A DNA stretch of 64,000 nucleotides from Rotaria socialis (Eukaryota). Below the pieces are notes generated by a model, which did not search any database, was not told the DNA's origin, and was given only the letters and a program-made list of their open reading frames with translations. Location: the NCBI GenBank assembly GCA_905331295.1, contig CAJNYD010000035.1:310001-374000 (forward strand), given 5' to 3'. This document shows, piece after piece, positions 48,473-63,302 of this stretch. Numbering within the stretch: the stretch's first letter is position 1; each line of letters opens with the position of its first letter. The translations under genes were made by a program, and so were the position numbers.

Positions 48473-50822
48473 AATCGAACAGCCAAGTTGAACAACATAC
48501 AAGAAAAGCTTTTCCATTGATCATCTTTCTACAAGCTAGATTGTTCTAATAAAAACATTTATTTAGAAATACTATTTTCATAGTTGCCAACTGAAAACCA
48601 GATGGATCATTTTTTCACAGTGATCTTATATTTACTACATGTTGTGTATGAATTGCAAACATAGCTATGCTTAAGTTTCACAAAAGTAAATAGCCCATAG
48701 TGTCTTGGTAGAAGTATCTCTTAAGAAACCATGCTACTGAATAAAAAATCGAGCTTGATGAGTTGGGTATGACAGAGTGCGAGATAGCACCGATGAGGAT
48801 CAGTAGAAATGGTATGTTACTATTTTTGTTATGAGAATATTTGTGTCCTCGTGACGGTAATCGCATGTATCAGAAGGTCAAGTGTGAGGATTCTACGTAT
48901 GAAAAATGGAAAAAAACGTTAAAAACTTCATGCGAAAGTCTAATATGTGAGTTTAAAATAGTAAATATACTAAAGAAAAAAAATCGTCCGATAACGAAAC
49001 GGACATTTCCAGTATTTTGATAAATTTCAATTAATTCTATGCTCGATGATTCACTGCAGAATACGATGTTTTTCTAGTAACACAACTTCAGTGAAAATCT
49101 AGTTAGCCTTTGTTGATAAAATAATTACTAATTCAATATTGATAAAGTCTACAGCATTCGTTGATAGAAAAAATAACAGGTGAATATCTTATCTTACCTT
49201 CTATAGTATGAATAATTTGAAAACACTTTCCTTCCAACACTGATGTGGGCTTTAGCAAAAAGTAAAAAACAAATCTTTTTATTGTGAATTCAAATTCTAA
49301 TTAAATGAATCTCTAGATTAATAGAATTAATATATTTTGATCGCAATGACTTTCAAAACATATTCATAGGCACGATAGAAAATCAACTTTTTTTATGTGA
49401 AAATTATGGTTGTTTGTCAAAGAAAAAACAATATAGCTGTGTCATAATTTCAAATAGTGTATACTAATGAAGTGTCCATATTCAAAATTCAATGGTAACT
49501 TATTGAAATGAGCAGGAAAAACAATTGAAAATCTTACTGTATCGCATTGAGCAATTTATTCTTAATAGAATCATTAAAATAATAAAAAACATGTGTTTTA
49601 ATTGAAATAAAAATAAACTATTTGTTTAACAAGAATATTTATTATTATTTTCGTAACCACTTTACTACTGTCTAGAAAGAAACTAGTTTTATTCGCGATA
49701 GTAATTGAATGGTTGATGGAAAATTGTTAGTATGAAGTTGCATTGGCTTGCACCTAACACTCGATAATACGAAGAGCTAACATCTTAACATAAGTAATTC
49801 ACTCTTGTTAATGAAACAACACTGCTATTTAATAGAAATATTCATTACACTATTAGTTTTATAGTTATTGCACATGAGCAATGAATGTAACAGATCTTAG
49901 GGAAAGAACTCCTGAAATAAATTAAGCTCATGGTTTTATGATGGCTCTATTTGGAATGAATGATGAGGAAAATGGATGCAAATCTAAATTTATGAGTTTT
50001 TCAGTTTATTAGAAATATGATACGTCTCTCGAAAAAACAGAAAAATGTTAATAATCTGTTGGCTAAAGTTTATATATACCTTGATTACAATACTATTTCA
50101 GGAATAGAGCCCATGTTTTATATAAAGTTCTCATAACTTTGTTTATGATCACAAAAAAATAACTTTTTTTTAGTACTGTTACAATGAAAAAGTACTTGTG
50201 ATTGATCAATGATACTCACAACAAATGTCGTTTTCTTTTTGCACTGAAAGCTTTTATCTTACCGCGACAATTATAAGCTTCGAAATCATGCTAGGCCAAC
50301 TAGAAAATTTATAAACATGTTCATATTGTTTCTAACATAAATATTACTATTTTGTTTCTAGGTTATATTGAATTCACTCTCTTGTAAAGAATCAAAATTG
50401 AAAAAAGCGTTTTATTCTTTTCCATTATCCATGAATTTCTTGTCCATATAATAAGATTATTGCTGTTTCTTAATTGAAATTGAAAAGATATCTAACACTA
50501 TGAGATAAAATAGATGAATTCATTCTGATTTGAAACAATTACCAGCAGTGTTTTATTCAGACTGCTTTTGTCGAAATGGACAAAATTAAACTTTAGAAGT
50601 ACATAAGGGATCAACTTCATCTTGATGAAAATATGAAACTCAGACTCTGGCATAAGCTAACAAATTGATAACAACATTTGATGTAATAAAGATATCTCTT
50701 TATTCTTTTATATAACTAATATAAAATTAAAAACAAAACAATAAAATTAAAAAGCAACACGAAAAAAAGTCAACGGCTGTTTAAAGTTGTTTAGAATGAA
50801 TATCTTTGCAAAATATATTTAT

Positions 50823-53434
50823 TTAGTCGTTTTTGCTATTTAAACGTTTCTTTGGTTTTCTTTTCGAGAGGTTTTTAGCTAGTTTTGGCATACACTGTAT
50901 ATTGGTGGCACCATCTTGGGTGAGCGTTATGGTTGTCGTAAAATTACCAATATCTGACATTGATTGAGTACAATCAACATTAGTGACTTCTGGATAATAG
51001 AAAAACGTATAGAAAAACATTGATTTAAATAAGAACAAGATATACATACGGTCTGAGAAATTCATATATACATAATCTAATTCACGAATTCTTTCGTTTT
51101 TAAAGTAAATCTGGATGCTTACTTTTATATTATTCATAGATGGAAACGGAGCAGAAGGCATCGGGAAATAAACAATAGTACCATTAAGGGTAAACTTTTT
51201 AATTTTCTCAGACGAATCAGTTGTTGGCTCACAAATAATAAAAGATAAATTATCTTTAGTAATACGACCTTTGAAAACAATAAACACCATCGTCTGTCCA
51301 CACATTGGACCATACTGTGGACTCATATTTTCCACAGACACATCACCATAGCCTATAAGAATAAAATAAATTTTAATTGAATCTCTCTATGTTTTTTTTT
51401 GAAAAGAATAAATTTAACACTTACTTTCTTGCATAGTACAAGAAAATACCTCACTGTTTTTATCGCGCTGATATTCACCGTGTTGATCGCGATAAATTCG
51501 TGTGAAACGAAGTAATGATTGATCAAGTTTTTGCGATCGAATTACTTTCTTTGTAATAATATCATCTTGTTTACTTTTAATTAATTCCATCATGAAGCTA
51601 ATGAAAATAAATATACATGTATAAGTTCAAATGTTTATAACAAAAACTATATTTTATTAAATTTACCTTTTATAACCGTTTATAAAATCTTGATTAGTAA
51701 CTATAAAATACAATGTATTTACTTCTTCCTGTTTGAAAATTAATAATTGATCGTCGGGTTGCTTCATACGAGTTTTGTTATCAAGAGTATAGAGATGAGG
51801 TTTTTTCTCTATGTCCATAAGAGAAACTTCGATAATATTTGTATCTGACTCACGAGCCCATTCTTGACGTACCTAATATATATAATATTTATTTTTTTGA
51901 AGAATATATTTGAATCTTATTAATCAATGTCGTACATAAATTGCAGGATATTCTAGTTCAGCATTAGCCTCACATCGTAAGTAATGGGATGTAGTTTTAC
52001 TTTCATTTTGAGTTCTTGGACGAAATTTAGAACGTGGTTGTGCTTTTATATGAATTTGATACGGTTTTATTATTTCACTTTGAAGATCTAAACCATACAA
52101 TTAAAATCATGAGAATCAATCATTGATATAAAAATATATACATTGTTGTGTAAATATCAAATCATTTGTTATTCTAGATTCTATGTGAACATTGGTATCT
52201 AAAGGAAACATAAATATTTTTTAATTTTTCAATTGATTAATTTTTAATCTAAATATACTTGATGTACAATTAACCGGAGTTACAGTCAACGATTGGTTTG
52301 AATGATCTAAAAGAGTATATAATAAGTACGTAAATATATAAACTTTCTTGTCCTAAGCAAAGCGCCATGAATGTACCTCTTACTTCAACCGGCATTGACT
52401 CATTGAGATAGAATTGATCGTTTGCCTGTGATAACGTTGCTGTCAGAATGGCATCTGATATAAGAAAAATGAAAATGTATGATTTAAAAAATTCTCTAGT
52501 GGTACTTACTATCAATAGTTATTGGCTCAGTTAATGAATTATTTATTTGACTGAAATTATGGGATGACGTCAGCATATCTAACAAATTTATAATGAAAGA
52601 TGAATATAAAATGTAAAAATAAGAAAAAAATATTCTAATTACTTGGTGATAAATTATTTGAAACAGAACTCCCTACATGATGTTGACATATGTTCTGGAA
52701 GGATCCATTATATTGTACATTTGTAAGGCTATTAAATTTACGTGTAATATAACTCATTGGAATTTTTGGAGATACTGATTCAAGACGTTCTAATAAAGGG
52801 AGAAAAGTATTATGTGAGAAGTAAAAAATCGAATGCATACTTAAGTCATGAAATGTATGATTATAACTAAGAGTTTCTAATTTTATAAATATATGATTAT
52901 GTCAAGAATGGTTTTTTCCTAGATTGTTTAGATAAAAAATTCCTTCTTTCTCTTTCCTGTAGAAAAAAACATTGAAAAAAATGAATCGTCCCTTTTTATC
53001 CATGACGCATGAATAATAAAACGACAACACTCTGTACAGGATTCAAATATTTCACACTCGTGTAGAAACACCTCGTACAATCTGTGGATTCAATACTCTG
53101 TCGAACCGATTGCATAACTCATGCTAGTGACCTAGACTCTACTGTGATCTGTTCTAATGGAACTCATTAATATTTGCTGTTGATATGCTTCCTCAATTGT
53201 TGGCTTCTTAACTGATAAATTGGTAATTGAATCAAGCAGAACTAAAGTTCATACATGATCTCTCTCACGATTAATATGACCTATATTGTATCCGAGACAA
53301 TATATAAATATCGAATCTTTTTTGTTTTGATATAAATTTATCATCAGTTAGTATGTTCAAAAATTCATCGACAACTTTTAAGTCGTCATCATCATCGAAA
53401 ATACTATCTTTCGATAGAATAGATTGAAATTTCA
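50823..53434 (-). CDS. Divergent Rel-homology (NFAT/NF-kB-like) plus IPT/TIG domain transcription factor, paralogue 1 (5' end uncertain)
   Basis: Exons encode IKAQPRSKFRPRTQNESKTTSHYLRCE, YIEVSLMD..KKPHLYTLDN, FMMELIKSKQDDIITKKVIRSQKLDQSLLRFTR, IPT domain VENMSPQYGPMCGQTMVFIVFKGRI, basic NLS-like tail KRKPKKR. Confidence 0.7.
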
Positions 53435-55247
53435 TCTTTGAATAAAAACTATCAAGAATCTACATCAAATTGTTTATTTTTCCTATTTTCACTTTATCTT
53501 ATTTCATCCGAAACAATACTCGAATCGACTCCATCTGAGTTTTACATTGGTTGCAACACGCTGACAATAATTGAATAATATGAATAATGAATGGATTAGA
53601 CTGAAAAAATAGAAACTACTTGTGAAATATAATCATGAATATTGATAATGAATTTATTGTTTCGCACAGTAAAAGAGCTGCTTTATTTACTGACTTCATC
53701 CATTGAAATAGATGGGATATTATGGTTCTATTAGAACATTACTAATGTATGATCCTACTAATTTAGAGACAAAAAATGCATTATAAAATCTACAGTTTCC
53801 GATTTGATGTTTCTTATAATCTCAGGATCTCTTAAAATAAAAAAAAGCAGGAAACGAGAGCGCCAAAAATAGTTTTTTTTTGTTCTCATTATTCTCAAAA
53901 TTATAACTAGTTTAGTGGAAGATCATAATGAGTTTAATAACCAATTTCATTAGTTCGTTTTGAATTTCAGTGATCGAAATGAACAGTAAGTAATTGACGT
54001 TCTATATTTTTTTTATGCTAATTTTTCTTACTTACGAAAGAGATGTCAGAAAGACTTGTATGATTATTTTGAATAGTTGGAATTTAAAAGAAATTCAAGT
54101 TGAAATTGTATTGATTGTAGTAATATTGGCATATTTTCTTTTTTTCTGTTCTTCTCTATTATATGTGAGGTAGCTAGTTGGTGAGTAACTATTTTTTCCT
54201 TTCTGTGCTGGTTAGGATTTAACCAATGACTCTTTGCTTTTCTGCTTATAATATGTGTTGTAAATAATATATGTGAATAATTTTGGTAATTTCCAATGAA
54301 CTACAAAGACCTTTTCACTATGTTTCAAATAAATATTTTTGACCAATATAGATGTGCAGAACACAATAGTAGAAGACTTCGTTGTGAATTGAAGCATTCT
54401 TTTTTAAGAAATTTCTGAAAATATATTTCAAATGGTTGTTATCTGATTCAAACGCAATACAGTGATGATAGCCAAATTGAACAACAATATTCTATCAAAT
54501 ATCTTGTTTCTACTAAAGTATTAAAACTCATATTGACGACAGTAAGGTTTTGATTACTATAAACGTAAATAGAGAGATTGTATTTCAAGATTTACTTTAA
54601 CTTTAGAAAAGAATGTTTATGATTTACTTTCAAAAAAATCCAAAATATTAATCTCTTCTAATGAATTAGTTGTTTCAATAATTGACAATGCCAACTGATG
54701 AACTTTTTAGATTAAATAAATTTGTAATTTAAATATTTATTTAAGTGTTAAAGAAAAACTGAATATCACATTTGAGATGAATGACATCAATAATAGTATT
54801 ATTTAAAACGTTATCTTCTTTTAGGAAAAAAACTATTTTACTGATAATAACGCCTGTTCATTGTAGTGAATGTGTTGTATCTTGAATATCAGATTCTTAT
54901 TTTTTTTCCTTCTCGTCTACTCAATATCTTAATATTTACACAGAGAGATTTCATATCCATTGATAAGACTTTCATGTTTATAAACAAAACCCATTTTCTT
55001 TTAAATCTCAGTTGACTACTGTAATTCATTTAAGCAATATATTTTTTGTAAAATTATGCTAAAAAGCATCTATGCCGACTGACACAATTATATTTGAGTA
55101 GCATGAATTATTTATGAATTTCTGTCGTACATGATTTTGTTTTTCATTTAGATTACTAACACGAGAGACATGTTTTCTAAACTCGTAGAAATTTTAATAG
55201 AAATAATTGAAATGCATTTTTCGATAAAAATTTGATTTGACAACCAT

Positions 55248-57311
55248 TTAACATATTTCTTTAAATGGTTCGAGATGATTTACAGGTAATGAACATTGTC
55301 CAAGGTCAATAGCATTTTTAACAACAAGTGGTTGCCTTTTAGAGTATTTTTGCATTTTGACATGTAGTTCACGAATAATATCGTATGAAGTCATCAATGA
55401 ATGATGACCTACCTGGAGGGCATCTTTTGTTTCGAATTTCAAGCACTTTTTCATGTGAATATAATGCTTTGGGTAGTTCGCTCATCTGTTCATAAACCTT
55501 CCCAATATCACAGTAAGAAGCCGCCATATAAGGATCAATATCCGGAAGTGTTTTTTTTGAAAATCTCAAGTGCTTTTTTGTGATACAAAAGTGCTTTGAA
55601 TAGTTCACCCATCTCATTGTAAACCTTGCCAATATTACCGTCGGAAATGCTTACATGACAATCATTGGGACCAAGAGTTTTTTCAAACATTTGCAGTGAT
55701 TTTTCATGAGACGAAAGTGCTTCGACATAGACTCCTTTTTTCATGTACGCCATGCCAATTCCATTGTATGAACTAGCTAGGTAATGATGATTTGGAGAAA
55801 GAATTTGTCTACTGATTTCAAGTGACTTTTCATAAAAATGAATCGCCATATCATATTCTCCTTGCTTCTCTTTGATTACTCCAAGATGATGATTAAAATA
55901 CGCTTTCTCAAATTCATCATCAGACTGCTAAAGTAATACTTTGTGTAAATCTTCGGCCTTAGAAAATTGATTTATCATAATTAGCAATTGACCAAGGCCA
56001 TGCCCTCCTGTTAATTCCATCGTTCGTTGTCGTATTCGTTCCGTAAACTTGTGACGCTGAGAATCAGCATCGTTTGCCGATTTCAATTCTACTTGCCAGA
56101 GACGATCATTATCGTGTTCGATTTGTTTGATATGACCAATACGAAAAATACTACGGATTGAAACGAGAGTTTCACGTTCTGTCTGATGACAGCTAACATT
56201 TTTGATAGAAGCGAATCGAGTTGACGATAAAGATGGATCGATTGTCATGATGAATAGAACACCAATTAAATCAGAATTCAACATAGGATGACGAGCAAAA
56301 TTTAATGAAACATTGTGGTTTTTGCTGGTAGATAAAAAACTGTTAGAAGATAATAAGCCACATTTTGTTTTCACTAATTGATTGAAATCTGTTTTAACTA
56401 AACCTTGACCACGATAAACAGTAAATGAATCCGACTTGCGGTGACCAATTGATTGTTCAACGTGTAATCTGTCCATATCTTCATAAAGATCTCGAATGGA
56501 AAAGTCCATTTTCATAATAATATCAAATTCCATTGTGCGTAAAGCCCGATTGAGCATCGAATATAGAAAACATTCATATGCATATCACCATATTGGCTGA
56601 TGTTGATGATATTCTCGTTCTAATTTATTGATATTATCTAATTCAATAGAATTATTAGCGAATTTTTGACGGCAATAAACAAGAAAATCTTGTATTGATT
56701 GTTCATGAAATTCAATTGTTCATATAATTTCTTTTAATATTTGTGTGTAGATAAAAGATTGGTTTATTTGATCAAGATTTTGTTTTGATAATTCTTCATC
56801 TGCCGAAACAAAACCGATTGGAATAGTATTGTGATAATATTGTTGTGCACTTTGTTTCAATGCTTCACATATAGGTGAAATTTTCGTGAACACGCCTCTT
56901 ACTTTAGGCCACCGTTGAGTCATTGTTTATGTTCTGAAGCATTTCGACAAAAAACATAGGATGAATTTGAGTCATGTCATGAACAGTAGGTACAATGAGT
57001 TCACCAAGAGCATCAGATATAATTAAAAGAATATTTTCTTCTTCATTACTAGTAAGAAAACTAATGCAACGATCAGCATCAGAAAACGTGTTTATAGAAT
57101 TAACAACTTCTTACAATCGGCTGATGGTATTGCTAGTATCGACATTAATTACGCCATCGATGTTGCTATCCAGCCAAACGAGACTAAAGTTCTGTATGTG
57201 ACTGGGAAGCGAATTTTGAGACGTATTTAGTTGACTTGTATCAGGAGTTTTGAGCGTTTGTTTATCACCCCACAGGGTGAAAATGGAAGACAATTTTTTC
57301 AACTTTTGCAT
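55248..57311 (-). pseudogene. ADP-ribosyltransferase (ART) plus TPR-repeat protein pseudogene
   Basis: LVWLDSNID N-terminal domain, LDQINQSFIYTQILKEI, MLNRALR, VYRGQG, FLSTS, ERETL, then TPRs (LASSYNGIGMAY...AL..HEKSL); split over at least five ORFs by stops and frameshifts without splice signals. Confidence 0.88.
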
Positions 57312-58721
57312 ACTGTATTCGGTGTATATTATAAATAAAAATATTGAAGTGCTAGAAAAAAAAATATTTCAATGATAGTAAATATTTTAATTCACTTCCG
57401 TTATGAAAATTTTTTGATGAATCATTGAATTTGCTTATTCTCTTACTTGTGCGAGAGTGAGACATAGTTAATATTAATATAGAAAATTTGTTGGCAAAAA
57501 TCGAATACCGAATAAAAAACAACGGTCTTAGACTGTCATTGTTATTATTACTGTCAATAAAGGAATATATGCTTGTAAGAAAAAACAAAACGGTACTCAA
57601 TTCTTTGAGTTAATTTAGATTTTTCAAAGTTGGCACTTTCCTGTACTATGCTGTGCACATAACTCATGTGCGATAGAAATCGTTTTATCAATAAAAAGAA
57701 ATAAGAATTAAGCCGATTATAATAATATATTAATCATACAATAAAGCAAACTATAAGTGAGAATAGTGAAATATTTCAATGAAGATAAAACAACAAAATC
57801 AGTAAAATTCTTTTTGTTTTGAACTCATGAAAAAATTCATCGTCGTATATTCTAGCAGATGGATGAAAGAGATTATCCTAAGACCATGAATCAATATTTA
57901 TGTTTTCTTGAATTATATTTACATTAAAAAGTAGTATTTGAACATGTTGATTATGTTTTATAAATATCACGTTAAATTATGGAGATTCGCAAATCTACAT
58001 TGAGACGTGGTTTACTATTAGAAATCAATAATGAACGTATATTCTGTGCTGAATCGAAAGGAAACTATCTTAAAAACATAAAAGATTGACGCCCACAGAA
58101 AGCGCCACATGATTGTTACGACGAATTGGTCCTATGCTAGAGTCCATTGCAAGATGGGCAGAAGAGTCGTCCCCATTTTACTTGTCGATCATACACAGCA
58201 ACACACAAGGATGCAGATGGCATAGGAAAATAAATAATCTATTTTTAGGTAGCATAAATAAGAATTTAGACTATGATAGAGATCGATTGATTTCTCCTGA
58301 TATAAAAAAGGTATCAGTTACAAAATAACTCAACTGATAGAATTCCTATTATAAGATCAATAAATAATTTTCTATGGTCGATAAAATTTTAAAATATATG
58401 TGTAAGTTAGTTTCTATTGAAATGGTAGAACGAATAGCTCAGTAAGATGGCTACTTTGGATGTAATCTGTGGGATTAAATTCAGCTATTATATTACTATT
58501 TTGCTTATCAAAAACTGCCTAATAATACAAGACGAGAAACATAATAATAAAAATTATGGCAACCATGATATATCTACATGTTAATCACAGACAAAACTTG
58601 AGTTCTTTTTAAAATTTATACCACGTTTCTTATCTGTTCTTCTTCAAATTGCATAACAACGTATCAACTAGACAGATAGATACATTAATTAACAAAGTAG
58701 AAGTAAATCAACGCTTCGTAG

Positions 58722-59062
58722 CAGAGATAAGCAAGTCAGTGATGGGCCACGACTTGGCTTGAAAATTTTCAGAATGACTTGACTTGACTTGCAACAAGTC
58801 GTACAGAGAAATTCAAGTCAAGTCAAAAATTATATGCATAGAGAACTTTTATTAATTGAATTTTTGAACTCTAATTTGAAATGTAGAAGAAAAATACAAA
58901 TAATAAATCAAAGATGGGCAAGTCAAGTCAAAAAATGACTTCACCAGATGACTTTTTGAATGAATTATGACTCTAATTGACTTGACTTGACTTGAAAATA
59001 TTTTGAACTACTCATGACTTGACTTGACTTGAGTCGAAAAAACGCTGACTTGCCCATCTCTG
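58722..59062. mobile_element. hAT-type MITE (341 bp)
   Basis: TIR CAGAGATAAGCAAGTCAG / CTGACTTGCCCATCTCTG; 8-bp TSD CTTCGTAG at 58714-58721 and 59063-59070; internal GACTT/AAGTC arrays. Confidence 0.88.
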
Positions 59063-60830
59063 CTTCGTAGAGATTAATATGAGAAAGAAGCTAATGGTTC
59101 TTACAGTGTTTAAATTATAACATGCTGCGATATGAAATAAAAATATCAAACAATTTTATTTCGAGTTTTGTTAGTTTTTACTAAGCACTCGATTGGTGCT
59201 GTATCAATTTTCGTTGGTTCATTCAACCGGAATTGATTCAGTATTACTGTATAAAATAAGACAAAAAACAGTTTAACAAACATGAACTCACAGAAAATAT
59301 GATAAAGACGCGGTGTAATTACAACACCTACGAAAGTAAGATGGTCCACGATTTTTTTCAGTCGTTACATTTAACATCAATGCAAATTATATTCAATAGA
59401 TGGCAATGATTTATAAATACACAGCTAGGATTTACAGGTAAAGCTGAAATATTTCCAAACTATATGCATTAAAACATTGTGTTGAAATGTTCTCCAAAAG
59501 AGAATATTAAGAGAATAGCAAAGAAATATCTATGCGCACATTTCCAAACACTTTTTTTCTGTTTTTGATAAAGACAAATCTTATGCTTTTTCTAATTGTT
59601 AAATTTAAACTATCTAATTAAAATACATGTAATGTTCACATTCTCATAATTGTACAGCATATTAATATCTATTCAACTGTTCAATACGGTATATTTTGAT
59701 ATTATTTATTAATATGAATAACTTGATATATATGTTAGCAAGGAAGAACAATAAAAGACTTGGCTATTTGAATACGAATTAAGATCATAGGATTCTTTCA
59801 ACAAAGTACATAGAAAAATACTTCGAAAAAATTGTGTGCCGCACATTGAAGTTATTTAAAAGTAACATCTATTTTATATTTTACTAAGTAATAAAAAGCT
59901 GTGCCAGTAAATAAATATTTGATATGAACTGAATTATGTTATTATTCTATCATTGTTTATTTTTAATGATATAATTTTTACATCTAAAATACTCATGATT
60001 AGTCCACCTTCACTGAAAGACTTCAATTATTAGATTAAGAATGAATAACTTTAATGCAATACGAAATATCACATGGACGTCAACAGACGCTGATATTTGT
60101 TTTCGGTCGTTATGTATAAATTAAAAATGCGTAATTCGTACCATGATGATGTTGAGAATGGATATGTAGAAAATGCTACGTGTTACGCAAGATGAGAACG
60201 TTAGGATCACATTTATACCATTCGCTTTGAATTCCTCATTCAAGATTTCTTTTCTTTCAAAATAGCACAGTAAAAAAAATAAAATTTCGCATTTTATTCT
60301 ATACGCAATGGCACTTCATTCATTGAATTTATAGACTAATTGTTGCCAGACAAAATAAACATACAAATATCTATTTGATCTCAAAATAAGCGATAAAACA
60401 ATGATTTCTTTGATTTGCTCTAAGAATGTTTCCTAAAATAATGAGGTGACTAACAATTAATTGCAAAGATCCATTTCTTGACTTGATCCGAAATATATGT
60501 ATATATATATTTTTACAATACTTTATTTCTTTTAAACTTTTAAACAATCAAAAATGAAACACAGCAATATACAGAAAAAAATATATGCTAAAAATATAAA
60601 ATTAACATTTACGTAGAAAATTGTTATTTTGTTTTCTTTTATAAAGATTTCTAAAAGATGTTCGATAAGCCTTCTACATTAAATATTAATATGTAATTCA
60701 ATACCTATAGACCAACTGAAGAAACTGCTAAGTCAAAAAAGTTTACACAAAATACGTAAGAAAATTTGAAAATAATATCCAAAGTAAAATAATAAGAAAT
60801 ATAAGCAAATATATTCAAAATATTGTTTTT

Positions 60831-63302
60831 TTAAGTGTGACGTAGACGTTTCGTCGACTTATGTGTCGATCCTTTTCGAGATAAAGTGGGACGTATATCT
60901 GTAGCCGCCAAGAACTCAAAGACATCGAAATTCTGTGACGTTGAGAATGGAACAGAGGTGATGCCTGGATCATTCAAATGAAGTGAAGCTAATTCTTCTA
61001 CATAAAAAAGTTTACTAAAAAAATGAATTTCACAAGGAAAAATATTACTACATACGATCTAATGATCCTTTATATAGATAAGGTGATTGATATAATTCTA
61101 ATCCTTTATAATAAATGATGATATCAACTGTCACAGTATCGCATTGTTGATGTGGAACAGCAGGCATTAGAAAATAAATAATATTTCCATTTTTAGTAAA
61201 ATTTTGTACTGAATATGTCCATCCACTTGAATATTGAACAATCTCAATCTTTAAATCATTTTTCAGAATACGACCTTTTAAAACAGCATAAACCATCTCT
61301 TGTCCGCACATTGGTCCATATCGTGGACCCATATGTTCAACTTCAACATCACCATAAGCTAGAAAATAGAAACAAATTCGTTGTTTAGTATTTTGTTTTT
61401 CTTGAAATCTATAATAATGTTTCTCATACCTTCACTCATAATACAAGAATATTCTGTACTGCCTTCATCGCATTGAAAATCTCCTTTTCCCACTTGAAAG
61501 TGACGTGTAAAGCGAAACATCGAATGTTCAAGTTGTCGCGTACGAATCAACTCTTTTGTTATATTATTATCTTGTTTACTTTTAATGATTTCAATCATAA
61601 AGCTATGAAAAAAAAAGAAATATGTACACTGAAAGTTTGAAAAATAGCAATGAATCAATAATTACGTTTTTTGTTTATTTAGGAAATCTTCCTTTGTTAC
61701 ACGAAAGAATAAAGCATTGGAACCCTTTGGTTTAAAGATTAATGTACTGTCTTCAAATATATTTGAGCTAGTTTTATTATCAATAGCGTATGGATGGACT
61801 TGTTTATCTATACTCATAAGTGCAACTTCAATAAGATTCACGTCGGATTGAAAATTCCATTCCGTGGGGATCTAGAAGGTTAGAAAAAAAGTCTTTATAA
61901 CACTTTTGAGATAAATTAATCAATGAAATACCGAAATTGTTGGGTATTCAGGCTTAACACCCTCTTCACATCGCACATAGTGTGCTGAATTTTTACTTTC
62001 ATTTTGTGTTCGTGGACGGTATTTCGAACGTGGTTCGCATTTAATTTCAATTTTCTTTGACACTGCACCATCAAATTGAAGAACTAAAAACATTGATTGA
62101 AATTTAAAGAAAACCATAGAAAATAATCACAAACAAAGTACTTACGTTGTTGTTGATATGCAAAATTATTGGGCATTTGTACAGTAGTACACGGTTCACA
62201 GCCATTTGGATCTAGAAAAAATATAATTATTTATTTATTATTTTGCCGTATGTTCGATTTAATCATACTTATTAAATAATCAACAGGCTTGACACTGCTT
62301 GGATGTCGACTATCGTCTATTAATAAATAAAGAAATTATATAATTTTTCAAAGATTAAATATAAAATTGACATACAGTTATTTCTTCGTGATCTTGCTGC
62401 TGTTTTAATTAAGCGCTCTTGTTGTTGAACAATAATATGTGCAGTAAATGAATCTGAAATAAGATCATGAAAGAAAAAAAAAAACTTTGAAAGCTAACGA
62501 ATGCTTAATATTAACTGCTTACTCGCAGTAGCATTAGGCTCTTCTGGTGCATAACCTTTGGTGGTATATGATGTTTGCGAATACACTGAAGTAAAATGCG
62601 CATAAAACTTAATAAAATAAACATACAGACAAACGTGAAAATATACCTGATTGTGGTTCACTGATATACGTTTGATCATTACTTTCTACGAAATTGCTCT
62701 GTGGTAACTGTTCTGTTTCATTTGATTCACTGGGTAAAAGGCTCAATAATGCTGACATTTCATTACTGTCAAGCGCATTATCAAAAAATGAGAATTCGCC
62801 AAAATCTATATAAAAAAAACAATTTTTCTATATCATATTTGATTATTATTTTATTTCGAGTTCTTTCTTTCGAATATAGGTAACATTTTAGTATAGGACA
62901 TCAACGGTCAAACTTGCCATTACGAAAACGAATCCAAAGAATTTCTTTTTAAAGTAGTGTCAAATAGAAACATAGGTATGATTCAGTCAAAGTTCTAATA
63001 TGAAACATTGATTTTCATATAATATCAAAATTCATTTCAAAACTCAGAATATCTCTCACTTTATATAGATTTCAGATCAGATTTTACCTGTATTTGATGA
63101 GCCAATTAGAGCATCGATATCGAGGTTGTCACTAATATCATTTATATCAATGGTGTCTCGCGTAAAATCTGATGTATTAGTTGACAACATGTTTGTATGT
63201 TCAAGTTTCTGGAGTAAACGAAGATGAATCAATTGATTAAACTATTTGTTTCTATATATAGTATACCTTATCTTGTTCATCATCATGCGCCATATCTAGC
63301 AT
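60831..63302 (-). CDS. Divergent Rel-homology plus IPT domain transcription factor, paralogue 2 (5' end uncertain)
   Basis: IKCEPRSKYRPRTQNESKNSAHYVRCEEG-KPEYPTI, LIEVALMSIDKQVHPYAIDN, FMIEIIKSKQDNNITKELIRTRQLEHSMFRFTR, VEHMGPRYGPMCGQEMVYAVLKGRI; same exon layout as paralogue 1; stop at 60831-60833. Confidence 0.75.

Noticed and set aside
58425..58500. tRNA-like TAGCTCAGT motif
   Set aside because: No convincing B box or cloverleaf.
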